Assembly: GCA_002189035.1 (NCBI GenBank)
Contig: CM007991.1
Span: 5,270,001 to 5,334,000, forward strand
Reading direction: 5' to 3'
Length of the DNA stretch: 64,000 nucleotides
From: Utricularia gibba
Lineage: Eukaryota > Plantae > Magnoliophyta
The notes under the pieces were generated by a model, which saw nothing but the letters and a program-made list of their open reading frames with translations, was not told the DNA's origin and did not search any database. Made by a program: the position numbers and the translations under genes. Below are positions 24,757-38,000 of the stretch, piece after piece; the stretch's first letter is position 1, and each line of letters begins with the position of its first letter.

Positions 24757-25377
24757 ATGGCATCCCCATTCGGTATCAGCAGGGCTTTCGATTTCGTGGT
24801 GCCCAGGAACGATTCCAACTCCAGACTGCTTACTCTTGTTACCTTTGGCGAAGTTGTACCGTATACGTTGACTTGTAAGCCGCGATTGATGTGAGTCGCA
24901 GAATGCTATGCTTTGTTCTTGATCTTTCCGAATGCGTGTGTGGCATTAACAAAAGGCGCACTGTTGTGCAGGAGGATAGTGTGGTCTCTGAGAAGCTCAC
25001 CCGATGACAGTAGGCTAGGTTTTTCTCCTCCAAATGACTCCTCCACAGGCGGGACGAGGCTCCTTAAGACTATCCAGGCTATTCGGATTAAAATAGTCGC
25101 AAGAAGCAAGGAATTGATGAAGAATTTTCCCGTCAAGTTGTTTTCTCTGTTCGTGGGCTTCTACTGCGCCACTGCGTTTGCGACGGTAATTGGGCAAACG
25201 GGTGACTGGGATGTGCTTTCTGCCGCTCTCATGGTGGCTGTTGTTGAGGGCATTGGGGCTCTGATGTACAATGCTTCCCTTCCTTTGGGGGATAACTTGC
25301 GCAACTGCATCACCATATTCAACTACTGGAAGGCGGGACTTTCACTTGGACTGTTTCTAGATTCATTCAAATATTGA
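24757..25377 (+). CDS. Ycf20-like / DUF565 protein, probably plastid-targeted
   Basis: GFYCATAFATVIGQTGDWDVLSAAL...NYWKAGLSLGLFLDSFKY. Phase-compatible exons 24757-24890 (MASPFGISRA...) and 24972-25377 with a GTGAGT...TGCAG intron. Confidence 0.88.
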
Positions 25378-26356
25378 AGGCAGTCGAATACCAAGTACAG
25401 AATCATGGTGCCGTGCCATCAGTTGGGAGCAGGTGGTCTGCTTCCTGTATCGAATCTCGCTCTGTTGGGGGATTTGGAGTTGGTGTTGGCAGCCTGACCT
25501 GAGCGCTTGATGATCCATCCGTGTGGTCTGTTCGACTCTTCACTGCTCATTTTTAGTTAGTTTCCATGAGAGCATACCCATAGCATGTAGTACAGCAGGA
25601 CAGGGAGTTTTCTCGAAGACCTCAAGTTTTGTGCTCCGCTATCGCTACTCTCTGTAGTTGTTTGAAAGGCACATAGCATATCCGGGGAATACGTGTGTGT
25701 TGTCAGAGGAATCAAATTGTCAATATTTTACATGCAGTTGTGCATATCAGAGACAGACTGCTTTGCCTAGAACCTTGGCTTGGGGGTGCCTGCAACATGC
25801 AATCCGATTTCACATCTGATGCTGATCAGCAATCGTACCGCTTACAGGAGGCTACTGCCACAGCTTGGCACTCCATTCTTCTGTAAAAAATAACCTCCTC
25901 ATTTTGTAGATGCAATCCCTAAATCAGCACATGTGTGGAGTAGATACATACAGAATTTGCTCCCTCGGTGATGGAACACGAGCCGCAGTATTGTCCGCTT
26001 TTTTGTGCGGCAAAATCTGGGCTTGCGCTTGCGTTGGATTCGCCGGAATTCTATGGCGATAAGATGATACGTGAAGGGCAAATTCGTCAACTCAAATTAT
26101 TCCTCATGGATCATGGACGAGGTCAACAATCTTGCCGACACGACACCGAGGGAGTTTTTCATTCGTCTCCCTCAGCAACGACAACGGAACGCGTTTACAA
26201 TTAATTCCTGGGGATCGTTGACGGTGAGACCAGCGATCAAAAACTCGGAGCGATCAGAAAAGCTCTGGACTCGGAGCTTGTTTCGTATCCCTCGGAAATC
26301 GTTCCTTGTGCTTGTCCGCTGAACCGCGCGAAATTCGCAGCAGTGACTGCCGAAAG

Positions 26357-29300
26357 ATGAAGCCCAAGATAATCCAAAGTTCCAAGGACATGCTCTCAAG
26401 AAGTTTCAATCCTGCCAAATGGTACATCGTACTCAATTTGCGGCCCATACTCGTTTTCCCTCTTGCATGCTTCCCTCAATTCATTATTCATTCTACTTCT
26501 TTTTTAGATTATTTATTCTCTGCCGATGTGCGGATTTCTAATCGGATGATGGATTGCGTAATGCAGCAAGACAGCGTTGAAATTGGGGGCCTCAAGATTA
26601 AAGTTATTGAGAAATAAGAAAGAGATCCATGTGAAGCAAATGAAGAAGGAAATAGCCGTGTTGCTCGAGTCTGGACAGGAGCAGACTGCTCGGATTCGGG
26701 TGAAAATCCAACTAGGGTTTTTTTTTTCTAACGCTTATTGAAATGGTTGTCGCAATATTTCTTTATTTGTTTTGGGAGCCATGATTTAATTCGAGGTTGA
26801 CAAAATTATGTTGTCCGCTCGGATCATCGTTTTGGTTCCAGCCACTCATGAGTGCATTTCCTGATGCTGTTCATACACACCTCCAGGTTGAGCATGTAAT
26901 AAGAGAAGAGAAGATGATGGCTGCATATGATCTTCTGGGCATATACTGTGAGCTTATTGTTGCTCGCATGCCAATGATTGAGACGCAGAAGTAAGTGTTA
27001 TGGATATTTAGACCGCCGAGAAATGTATATCTTGTTGAGAATGGATGCGTTCCTTGTATTTATTATAATTTCTGGCGGTCTCTTTTTCATGGCAATGGGA
27101 AAATGAACTCTTTTTATTGCACTCATATGTTTTCGAGTTGCACAATTTCAAAACCTTGTTCCAAGAGATCCCTATTTCAGGAGTTGCCCCATTGACCTGA
27201 AGGAAGCAGTTACAAGCGTTTTATTTGCATCTCCAAGATGTGGAGACGTACCCGAGCTTCTGGATGTGAAAAAGAATCTCATGGCAAAGTATGGTAGAGA
27301 TTTTACTACAGCCGCAGTTGAACTCCGTCCTCAGTGTGGGGTTAGTCGCTTGGTATGTTCCTCCTGTATATGTTTGTTTCATTCATTTCCACCACCATCT
27401 TAAGTGTTTCCGGGTCAATTAGCATTTTCCTTCTTCTATTATGCCATCATTTTGTAGTTGGTGGAGAAGCTCTCCGCTGCATCTCCTGATGGGCAGACCA
27501 AAATCAAAATTCTGGAAAAGATTGCAGGGGAGCATAATGTTGCATGGACTTCCATGTCACTTGATGAGAAAGATGTTGGGCCTCATATGGACTTTCAGGT
27601 ACGGTTTTAGTTTACTGCATCTTTAGAATGAAGTCTACCGTAAAGCATGCGAGGGGTCTAATAAGATCCCCTGTGGTCCTCTTGCCAATGTGTCATGTTG
27701 ATCTCCGTGATAGATTGGGCCTTGTGCACCAAGAAGTGGTACACATGGAAGGGATTGTATTTCAGATGCTGAACCTCTTCGATTTGAAACTACTGAGGTT
27801 AAACCTCACATGGACAACGTAACTATGCGTAGCTCTCTGTCCAACTCATTGGAGGACGTTCAAGGACACTCTGCGGGTACTAAAAAACTTACATCTGCCT
27901 CGACATCTTCTGTAAGCATGTCAACTGAATCTAGAGCCAGGTCGTCAGGTAATGTCTTGAAAACTAAATGGGAATAAGTGACATTATGCCCTTTTTTCTA
28001 AAGCTGTCATGTCTCTCTTGTTCTAGCCGATGACACAGGCCAATCATTTCAAGCGGACATTGATAATAATTACCTAGATAGGCAGAAATGGAACTCAGAA
28101 TTCAAGGATGCTGCCTCTCCAGTACGGGCAGCTTTTGAGTCTGCTGGACGAGCAAGTGCGGCTGATAGAGCCGTGGCTGAATTTTCAATCCGTGACGTAG
28201 GGGATAACTGCTATAAACCTGATGAGTCAAATGTTCGTATTCCCGAGCATGAAGTTCCTCCTACATACCGCAATAGGAAAACCTCATGGGAAGAGTTCAC
28301 TCGGTTTGAGAATGAGAACAGATTACCCCTGAAAATGCTGGGCGATCGAGTAAGAAAATAGACGATGTTAAACCTACTGATTCTAAGAGACAAGAAACCT
28401 TTGAGAATGTTACTGCTGGTGTCCCGGAAACTAGTAGCTCCATCTTTCCTAAACGCGAAGTCGCAAGTTTTAGTAATTTTGTTGATCCAGGTATCCCACT
28501 ACAGCAGGATTTTCCATTTGACCCGGTAGGGGAGGTTCCACTAACAGACGAACCTGATGAATTCCTCATGGATGGTAGTAGGAAGGAAAGCTCTTCTGAT
28601 TATGACAACTTTTTTGCGATCTCAGAGGACCAAAGGGATGAAAAAGATGGTGATAGAGATCATTTCCAGCGCATTGGTGATGGTGGCATTAATAACGAGG
28701 GCCCAAAGATAAGCTCTGATGAATTATCTGGCATAATTTTTGACAGTTTTGAATCAGACAAGGACGATGGCTTTACAGGGAATCCTATCTACGATGTGGG
28801 GGATGATATGTTGGAGAGCTTACCATTCAACGTAGCTCCTTTCTCGTCCCCTGAATTTCCAGAGACAATGCCAAAATCCGGTTCAGAATTGGATGATATG
28901 GGACCAGCAACATTTGATGATTCTGATGGATTCTCTCCTGAACATGATGATAATATGAGAACCAGGCACCGTCGAGCTGAGGACGCTCGTAAGCTTTGTG
29001 AGCAAATTGGAGTTGGGCATTCATTATTTGATGAAAAGCATATGCAGCCTGCTTATGATGACTGGAAGTCTGAGGAAACGAACTTGCACAGAAATATAAA
29101 GTTCGACGATGAAGAGTCCAATATGAACTCCAAGGATTTCTGCAATAATGATAGCTCATTTAGTGAGAGCAGGTTAGATATTGAAAAACTTACAGGTGGT
29201 TTTCGTCAAAAGAACAGCCTGGCTTCCTTGGCAAATCAATTGGGTGTTTCGTTGTCTTTTAAGAAAAAAGAAGATGCCATAATAGCCAAAAGATCTCACA

Positions 29301-30241
29301 ACCCTCCAGCTGGTCTGCGCCAAAGGATGCACGTAATGCCAGATGGTAAATGGAACTCCCGAGAGTCCTCTGACATGGGTTTTGAGAGTTCTGATGAGGA
29401 AGAAAAGACTTCAAAACAGGAAACGTCTTATGCTACTACGAAGGATTTGAATAGATCTAGGTTGGAAGCTTCAGATCCGAGCAGCAGTTTATTTGGAAGC
29501 AACCTTTATGAGGACAGTACCAAGAGGATGGAAACTAGTTCTAGTTTGGGAGCTCAAGCCTCTATTCACGATTCAGACAGCAGCAATCTTCATGTGGATC
29601 CTTCCAAGAATTTGTCTATTAGAAGCCGTGTACAAGATGGTGTTATCTCTCGAAGAACAAAGGCTTCTTCTTCAACAGTTGTGGCAAACTCAGATAACAA
29701 GTCTCATCTTCCATCAGGTTCAGAACCAAGGGATTCTGATGACCTAGTTAAAGGAAATACTGCAGATGTCTATAGACAGAGGGCAAATTCAGCAGCGAGT
29801 TCCGATATTAATTCGAGGTCTAAAGGAGGTTATAAGCTTGAAACTGGAGGGGATATTGATGCTAGACGCAGAACAGAGTCACCAAGGTCCCATCAACCGA
29901 AGGGTAGAATTGGTAGCCAATCGGGCCCTTTTGACCAATCCATTGTGTCAAAATCGGAGACCTCGGATTCAGAAGTGTTGGTTTCTCCTAAGATCCCACT
30001 TGGAAAAGCATCTCCAAGGAAGCAAGATGCTATGTTTTCGCAGAAGTCAATTGCTGCTGGTATGCCTTCTAGTCCTGAGCGGAAGCCAGCGCCGTCTACA
30101 ATCCGTGAGTCTCCCAAGACACCAACATCTGGCGATGTTTCTGGGGGAAAACCAGAGAGTATCAGAAAAACGAGTCATGTTCATCCAAAACTTCCCGACT
30201 ATGACACATTGGTGCAATCACTCCGTAGGAGACAGAGTTGA
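26357..30241 (+). CDS. IST1-like protein (regulator of Vps4 activity, ESCRT-III related) with long low-complexity C-terminus; frame discontinuity near 28310-28361
   Basis: MLSRSFNPAKCKTALKL...RLKLLRNKKE...ARIRVEHVIREE...CPIDLKEAVTSVLFASPRCGDVPEL; C-terminal HVHPKLPDYD. Exons: 26357-26421, 26567-26699, 26887-26990, 27181-27352, 27458-27598, 27714-27948, 28027-30241. Confidence 0.9.
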
Positions 30242-31505
30242 TGTTGAAGCCCCAGTGTTCTGGCGCACCGGTTACCTGAAGACTGAATTTCATGCGAATT
30301 CGTGCACATAGTTGTAAAAATACTCCTCTTTTGAGTATGCATCAGACGTGTTACTACCTTTACTACAGGTGTAGCGTCTCCAGCAGGTGTATTCTTTCGT
30401 CCTGGATATTCTTGTTTGAGCTACTGCATCCCTGCAACCTGGATGTTTGAGGCACTGCAACTTGTTGAGATATTTGGCACAGGGTTGTTTCAGTATCTTT
30501 GCACCCTTTCCTTCTTTTTTTCTAATCTATGGATTATTTTTCTCTCTTGTTCATTTTGGGACTTGGGTGCACGCTTTTTGATCTGCTTGAGCATGTCTAA
30601 TGCTTTTACATGAAAAACGCATGCAAAACTAATCTTTGGGAAAGATCAGAGAAACGAATCTATTCTATTCCGGAAGTAGCAGGCTAAACGGAAGTGGGGT
30701 TGTTTAGAAACATACTCACTATCTAAAATTGAGTTTACAAATCTATCTATTGCATGTATGTGAAAAAATTATGAATTTTTGTTTTTTTTTTTTAAATTTT
30801 TTAATTTACAATAAATAAAATTCTTGTATTTTAATTCTTTATCAATATAAAAATAATAATTTACGATATTTAACAAAATTATCTTTATAAAATATGTATG
30901 TAAATAAATAGAATAGATATATCATTTGAAAACGAGCTGATTTTTTTTATCAAACTGAATATCTATTATTTTTTAAAAAAATTATATTATTCACTTGATC
31001 TTTTGATGTTGATTCTGCAAATGCACAGAAACCGTCGAAGTAATAAAATAAGATCGTATTCACAGTGAATTGTTATTGGAATTTTCTTTTCAAATAAATA
31101 CTCAAAAAGATTGAAAACAGAGAAAAAATTGGGTTTAAAAACAACAAGAAAAGTGACATTGAATCTAAGATCCACCTTGCTTAAAACTCGCTCTTGTGTG
31201 TGTACAAACCTTGAAAACTGACCTGCTTCCACAAACTTTAGTGGTGTTATTTTAAAATAGTGCTACTTGATGATCGTTATAACATCGTCCCTTGTTTTGT
31301 GGGATTATGGAATTAACCATGCCACCAGAGCCATTTCACCTCTTGTGATAATCCATGTTTTCCCCACACCCAAATCTAACTCCTACACCTCACACCTCGC
31401 GGACAGATTAGACAGAATGTGTCTTACCAACGATGTCCGATTGAGCCCTTCTCCTTAGGTGCTTGAGGCCAACTTTTGATTTTCTCCCATTCCCTTCGGG
31501 TTATG

Positions 31506-32147
31506 TGATAATAAAGAGCACGTTGATAAAGAAAACGTTGCGAAAAACAGAATCAAACCTCAATTTAAATGTCGAAAAACATAGTAAAACAGTCACACGT
31601 GCAGGACTTGCGCAAGCAAGGCTTCACCGCAAATCCTCAGCCGCAAGCGCCTATACACGCAGACTCGACTCTAACATGAAAATACACATGAAAATAGGAA
31701 AAATACAAAGGAAAAGTGGTCAAAGTACATTTCTAATGATTGACAAGATGGGGTATTTATACAAGAGTAAATCCAAGTCTTCGTATTGAACTTATTCGAT
31801 AGGTTTGGATAAGATCTTCTATCCAAATCTTTTATTCAAATCTTTGAAGATCTTCTTCATATTTCTATCTTATCTATGAATCTTGGACCAAGTCTTCATC
31901 ATTTGACCAAGTCTTAGGATTCGTGGCCCTTCAAGTCTATAATTAGATGGATCTTGATTTCTCCTCAAATTGATCCAAAAGTAACCTTAAAATCCACAAA
32001 ATACACTTTCTCTCCAAAAAAATCAAAGTAGTATGAAATATACAAAATCAATTGAAAATAATAAGAAAGTGAAATCTAAGATAAGTAAAAACAATATTCA
32101 AGAGTAATGAAAAAACATATTTTAGAATGACACAAAATCAATTATCA
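31506..32147 (-). mobile_element. Probable solo LTR
   Basis: TGATA...TTATCA bounded segment with a reverse TATA box (GTATTTATA ~31753) and composition distinct from its flanks. No TSD found. Confidence 0.45.
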
Positions 32148-34279
32148 TCTTTATATATTATTTGGATCGAGTGATATTTTTTATTTTAAAATTTATATTA
32201 TGTTCTAGATTCTTAAATCTTATTTCGATTGAATGTATATTATATTTTAAATTTATATTATACATTATATAATCATTTGAAATATTTTTAATAGATTTTT
32301 TTATATTAAATTTATATTACATATAATTTATTTATATAACATAAAAATTTATAAAAACATATAATGTGCATCAAATTGGAATCAAATCTTTAAGCTCGAG
32401 GTTTAAGAAAAATGAAATAATACCAATTAAACTATAAACATAAATATTAAAATAATACATAAACGTCATTTAGAATGCATTGGTAAATTACTTTGATAGT
32501 AATTTTTATTTAATAAAATACCTTTATTTCATATTTAATTTGCAAATTACTTGTTTCAGATGACTTAATTTGTAAATTATCCTACTTTTCAAATTTATTA
32601 TTATTATATTATACATATGATTTAAAAATTATTTTTTAACATAATAAGATTTTATGTTTCAAAGAATTTTCAATAACAAATAAATTCAATATTACATTAT
32701 TAATAATATTCTACTCAATATATTTATTATTTATGAAACATATAAAATTTATATTTTTTAAAAAATTCGAAATAACAAAATTTAAAAAATTATTTATACT
32801 CACAATATGATAATGTGACTTCGAGTATTTTTGTAAAATTAACAAATAAAACCTAAATAATTATATATAACATATTCCAAAAAAATTATTCTTTTTACTT
32901 AATTCATAAGTTTTATTACTCCACCACTAAAATGATTATTATTAATTATGATTAAAAATATACATCATATTTTAAAATATTCAAAATCATTAATATTATT
33001 TCTAATTTATAATTTTTATATAAAAATTATATTTTAATGAAGATAAGTATGGATGTTCATAAAGAAAAAATGAATGATTAAAAAATTAAATATTTTGAAA
33101 TAATATGATAAATTAAAAATATTATCAATTTCAATATACCATGTGATTTCAATTATTTTCTAAAATTATTTTTAAATATGAGTGACCTCTTTTTTACTTC
33201 AATTTTGAATAAAAAAATAGATAATTTGATAGTGTTGAAATAAATTGCTCAAGATATTACTTTACTCATTAACAATATTTGGAAAATCCAAACAGTGAAA
33301 ACACACGAATCAATGTTTAAAAATATATGTTAAAAACAAAATGAAACGAAAAATTATTTCCAAGCATTACTTTGCATGCTAGCAATGCTTGGAATTTCCA
33401 GATATTTTTAGTGAGTTAAATAATGTCTTCAATAATTTACTTTTTCTTTTATTTTTTACATAATTATGATAATAATTATTTTAGATATATATTATTATTA
33501 TGTGATTATAATTTAGTATATATAGATATTTATATAATATAATTATATAATATATATTATTAAAACAAAAACAATCATACGATCAAATTTATAACCATAT
33601 AATTTTTTTATTTTTAAATTTATAGTGTAAAATTAGTTTTAGAAAAATGAAAATATCTACAATTTTATCTATAAAAGATTGATACGTTCAATTTATTGCA
33701 ACAAACATCACAATCATATTTCTGATGTCAAACTTTCCGGGCTCGAATAGCAACCCTTATGAATTCAATCCACAAAATTCTATGTACGGGTATAATCTAT
33801 AAAATACTTTGTTCGAATTCAATCCACAATATTTAGAATATGAGGGAGGCTTATCTTATCAAGGTAATTTTTTTTAGCTAAATGAAAATACATAATTAAT
33901 ATGACTTGAGTAAAAAATACAGAATCATAAATGATAGATGTTCAAAACAATAATTGGTTTGACATAGAGGAAAAGCATTCAACGCACATTTATAAATTTT
34001 CATGATTTGACGACCACTTAACAAGTATTGATTACAATGAAATGAGAAATTATCAAACTAAAAAAGAAGAAATTAGAGTAAAATCAAATTCAGATTCGGA
34101 TAAATAATAATAATTTTATTTTTTGATTTTTGAAATATAACAATAAACTTTTTTTTCCACATGATTCGAATGCCGATACATTTGCAAACGTTGATTCAGA
34201 TTACGATCTTAATGCTAGTAATTAAGAGGAATGAGATCTAGATTACGATCTAGATTTGAATGAAAATAAAAAGAATGGG

Positions 34280-34703
34280 GATCATTTTTTATAATAAGGA
34301 AGTATTTCGTAGCACAGTGTTAAAGTATTCGATCAAAATTAGTAAAAAGTTCTATGTTAATGATTCAAAGTCTAATTTTTTTGATTCGTATTACAAATAG
34401 TATTAAAAACAAGGATGCAGATGGAGTATTCGTGATGCCTATTATAAGAGACATGGTTAATGAAAAAATAATGTAATAGAATTGTCTCACACCTATAGTT
34501 GGAATGATTCAAGATATTTTAATTATCAAAATATTGAAGTTAGGTATATCACCAATATAGCGAGATTGTTCGTGAAAAGAAATATTGACATTAAAGTAAG
34601 TACGATTGTAATTACAATCAACGAGGCAGCGAAATTAACAATTCTATTTCATAAAGTTCGATATAGTTTCAAATGGGTTTTCATTGATTTGTTCGATAAT
34701 TAG
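34280..34703 (+). pseudogene. MuDR/Mutator transposase N-terminal relic
   Basis: A single frame reads FYNKEVFRSTVLKYSIK...KQGCRWSIRDAYYKRHG**...SHTY. This fits the MuDR F-x-N-K...YSIK / GCxWxI / HTC pattern, with several stops. Confidence 0.7.
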
Positions 34704-35025
34704 ATAACAATTATCTAATTATTTTAGTGTTAACAATTCTGAATTGTTCTATCATAAGTTTGTTAAATATTAGATAATTAGATAATTAGATATATATATT
34801 TTGTAAACATAAGTTTGTTAAATATTATAAATCATTATTTTTATATTGATAAAAAATTAAAATACAGCAATTTTATTTATTAAAATTAACAAAAATTTAA
34901 AAAAAAAAACAAATATGAATAGTTTTTTCACACACCAACATGCATTGAGTATATTTGTAAACTCAATTTTTGACAACGCCTATATTTGTAATAAACTCAA
35001 GGAAAGTGTCACTGTTCTGAACAGT

Positions 35026-38000
35026 TCAGCAGCATATCTTGAGATAACCATCTTCTGTTCCGACAAGAAACAGGTGAGAAAATGGCAGGATGTTGACGGC
35101 CGACAGAAGAGAAGTGTTCTTTGATTCGCCATCTGCTGTATAAAGATGCTGCAGGGAGACATGGCGCTGCCCTTCCTGAGTCATCTCAATTGATTGAACA
35201 TAAAATGTATTCAAATCACACTCAAAGAAACATAGAGGGATGGATAGATTGGAGATCTTACTTGATCAGTTAGCCCATGCAAAGACGAAAGGCTAATTTT
35301 GTTCCTACACACAGACATGATATTGTCACCCCGCACTGAGAAACAACGAACTCCATCAGCGTATCCTCTGAAAACTGTGTTTTCCGACGTCCAGTTCCTA
35401 GGAAGCAAGGAAAAAATTGACTTGATGAAGTAATTCTGAAGCCCGAGCATATTTGCAGGTTTCCGGGCGAGGAAGCAAGGAAACGCCCGTCCAGGCAAGG
35501 CCTTTCGTGACTGGCCATAGCACATGCTGTGTAAGTTAACAATGAAGTTGATAGAATACCTTCTCAGATCCCATACTCGCAATGTCTTATCAAGAGAGCT
35601 TGAAATCAGTTGGTATGAAGCTGCAGCCAACTGCAATTTGAAAAAGAAAAAGAAATGCCTTCACATCTGTTCCTCTAATTTCTTCAGATGATGTACCTCC
35701 ATTACCTTCGTTACGTATCCATCATGAGCTTTCCAGGAAGCTATTATTTTCCCACTTTTCATGTCAAACAGCTTGCAGTGCCCGCTGCTGTATCCCACCG
35801 CTATCAAGTACGAAGGAAAGTTTTGCTCATTGACCATCTTGAGAGAGCTAGATGAGCAAACAGATGATATTAAGGGTGCGAAGCCGGATTCAAGCAAATC
35901 ACTTCTCCAAAGGTGCAATTTCTGCCCTTGATTGACGTCAATGAACCTGCAGGTAAAATTGATGATTTCAAGACATGCCATATGGATAGAAATTTCGCTC
36001 CAAAAATCATATTCATACAACTTAATTACCTGAGAGATCCATTTCCAGTACCCACGACAAGCCTGCTATTGAATTCCATGTAGTCCATGGTTGTAAATGA
36101 GTTTCCATGAAAAGATGCATTGAGGATTCCACTGGATAACTGATTTATATCGAGCAGATTCTCATCACTGTCCAGAAACCTTCTGAAGGGTATAGGACTC
36201 TCTGAGAATGCGGAGATCAGTCTTCCATTTTGTTCGTTCCATATATGTAACGTCCCATCACAGGAAGCTACTCTTCCAGACGACCCCAAAATGCATATGT
36301 CATTTACAACCTAACAAGATAAACCAGTCAAGCATTAGGTGCAACAGGTAAACATTGAGATCCTGTAAAAGGGCATATGGCCAGAAAAGCAGGCAGTAAT
36401 GTTTAACCTCATCATGGCCATTATAACTGGATACACAAGCAACTCTCGCCAATGCAAGTTTTTGAATGCTTCCCTTGAATCCTGGTCCAGCACCAGCCGT
36501 AAATATAGTACACTCATCTTCACACACAGCAATGGATCTTAAAGCACGATGATGAGTGCGAATAGAATGCACAATTGATGCCCTTATCTTCCATGGAAGC
36601 TCATTTTTTGGAGTACCAGTTTGACCGATGATGTCGAGCCAATTCCAACAAGCATCTGCACGGGGGAACCAATACCAAGGTTCTTGCGTTTCTGATTTCT
36701 CATTTGCCCCATGGAACTCCATGGGATTTGGATGCTGCCCTATCATATTTTTGTTCAATAGAATACTCGTGGAAATCTTTTGCTCCTTCAATTGTGGACT
36801 AGATTGAAGAATGTTAGCAGGTGCATCTTCAGACGTTGACCTTTTCAAGTGAGATTGTCGTCTACGATTTTCACTCACAGGACCACTTTTGTTTGAAACA
36901 TCTGCATATTCCCACTGCACAATACGAATACATGTAACTGAAGTCTCCATTCAAAATTTGCCATGCAGCTGTATTAAAATGAAAAACACATTTATCATCT
37001 CAATGTTGCAAAGAATATGATGAACTATGGTACCCATGGAGTAAGTTTTCATATATTCCATCAAAATAAAACATCTAAATAATACCTTCCAGTTATGATG
37101 CCTTAAAAGAAATTGCTCGAGAAGCAACCATGTAGCACAGCACTGACGAAGTCTTTCTATTCCCAATAGAGAAGCCAATTCAGGATATAAGATTAACCTG
37201 CAAAGACTTGATGTCTGGAATGCCACATTCCGAAAACAGGTTATAAGAACAAAAGAGAGTCAGGGATGGACTCACACTAAATCCATGTGACTTTCAGAAT
37301 GAAACTCCTCATGAACTTTAGGTTGATCTATCATCAAACCCTCGACAAAAGCCTCACAACTCATGCCATCTTTTTTAGTAAAAGCTATTTCGTGGAAAAA
37401 TTCCTGTAGTTTTGGGAGAACATGCAATAAGGTTGAACTGGAGCCAATCTGATGGCAAACTGTAAGAAGACTCCTTGCAGCATCCTGTTGGAAAGGGAAT
37501 TTCAGGGAAAAAAGCATCATTCAGAAATGCAGAAAAAATACTTGGGATCTAAGTGTAACTGATCCATTCTCTGAAATAATCTTTTTGAATGCATGCTCAC
37601 CATGATAAGCAAAACAAAATTACCTGAAGGACAGATCCTTCCAAATCTTTGTTCATCAGCACGATGATATATGGACACCTTTCACCCTATGAACGCAGAA
37701 ATGACATTTCCGTAACAGCATAATCTCAACACATTAGGAAGGAAAAACACGAGGCATACCTCAATAAGTTCCTTAATGATTGTTCCAGATGCCAATACAG
37801 GGCAGAGACCATCTAATATTCTCAGACAATCTTTCAAAGCCAAAGTACTCCAACTGTATGCAGATTCATGCTTATGGAAATGCGAAGTATGAAGACAAGA
37901 GCTAATTATGTTATTAATTAATGGTAAAATTTGTCTAACAACAAATTGTTCTCCAAAAAGTCCACCTGCAAATACATAGAACATAATCGAGAGATTTATC

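Noticed and set aside
32150-33700. MULE-type MITE with long TIRs
   Set aside because: The apparent end similarity is no better than expected for very AT-rich DNA.
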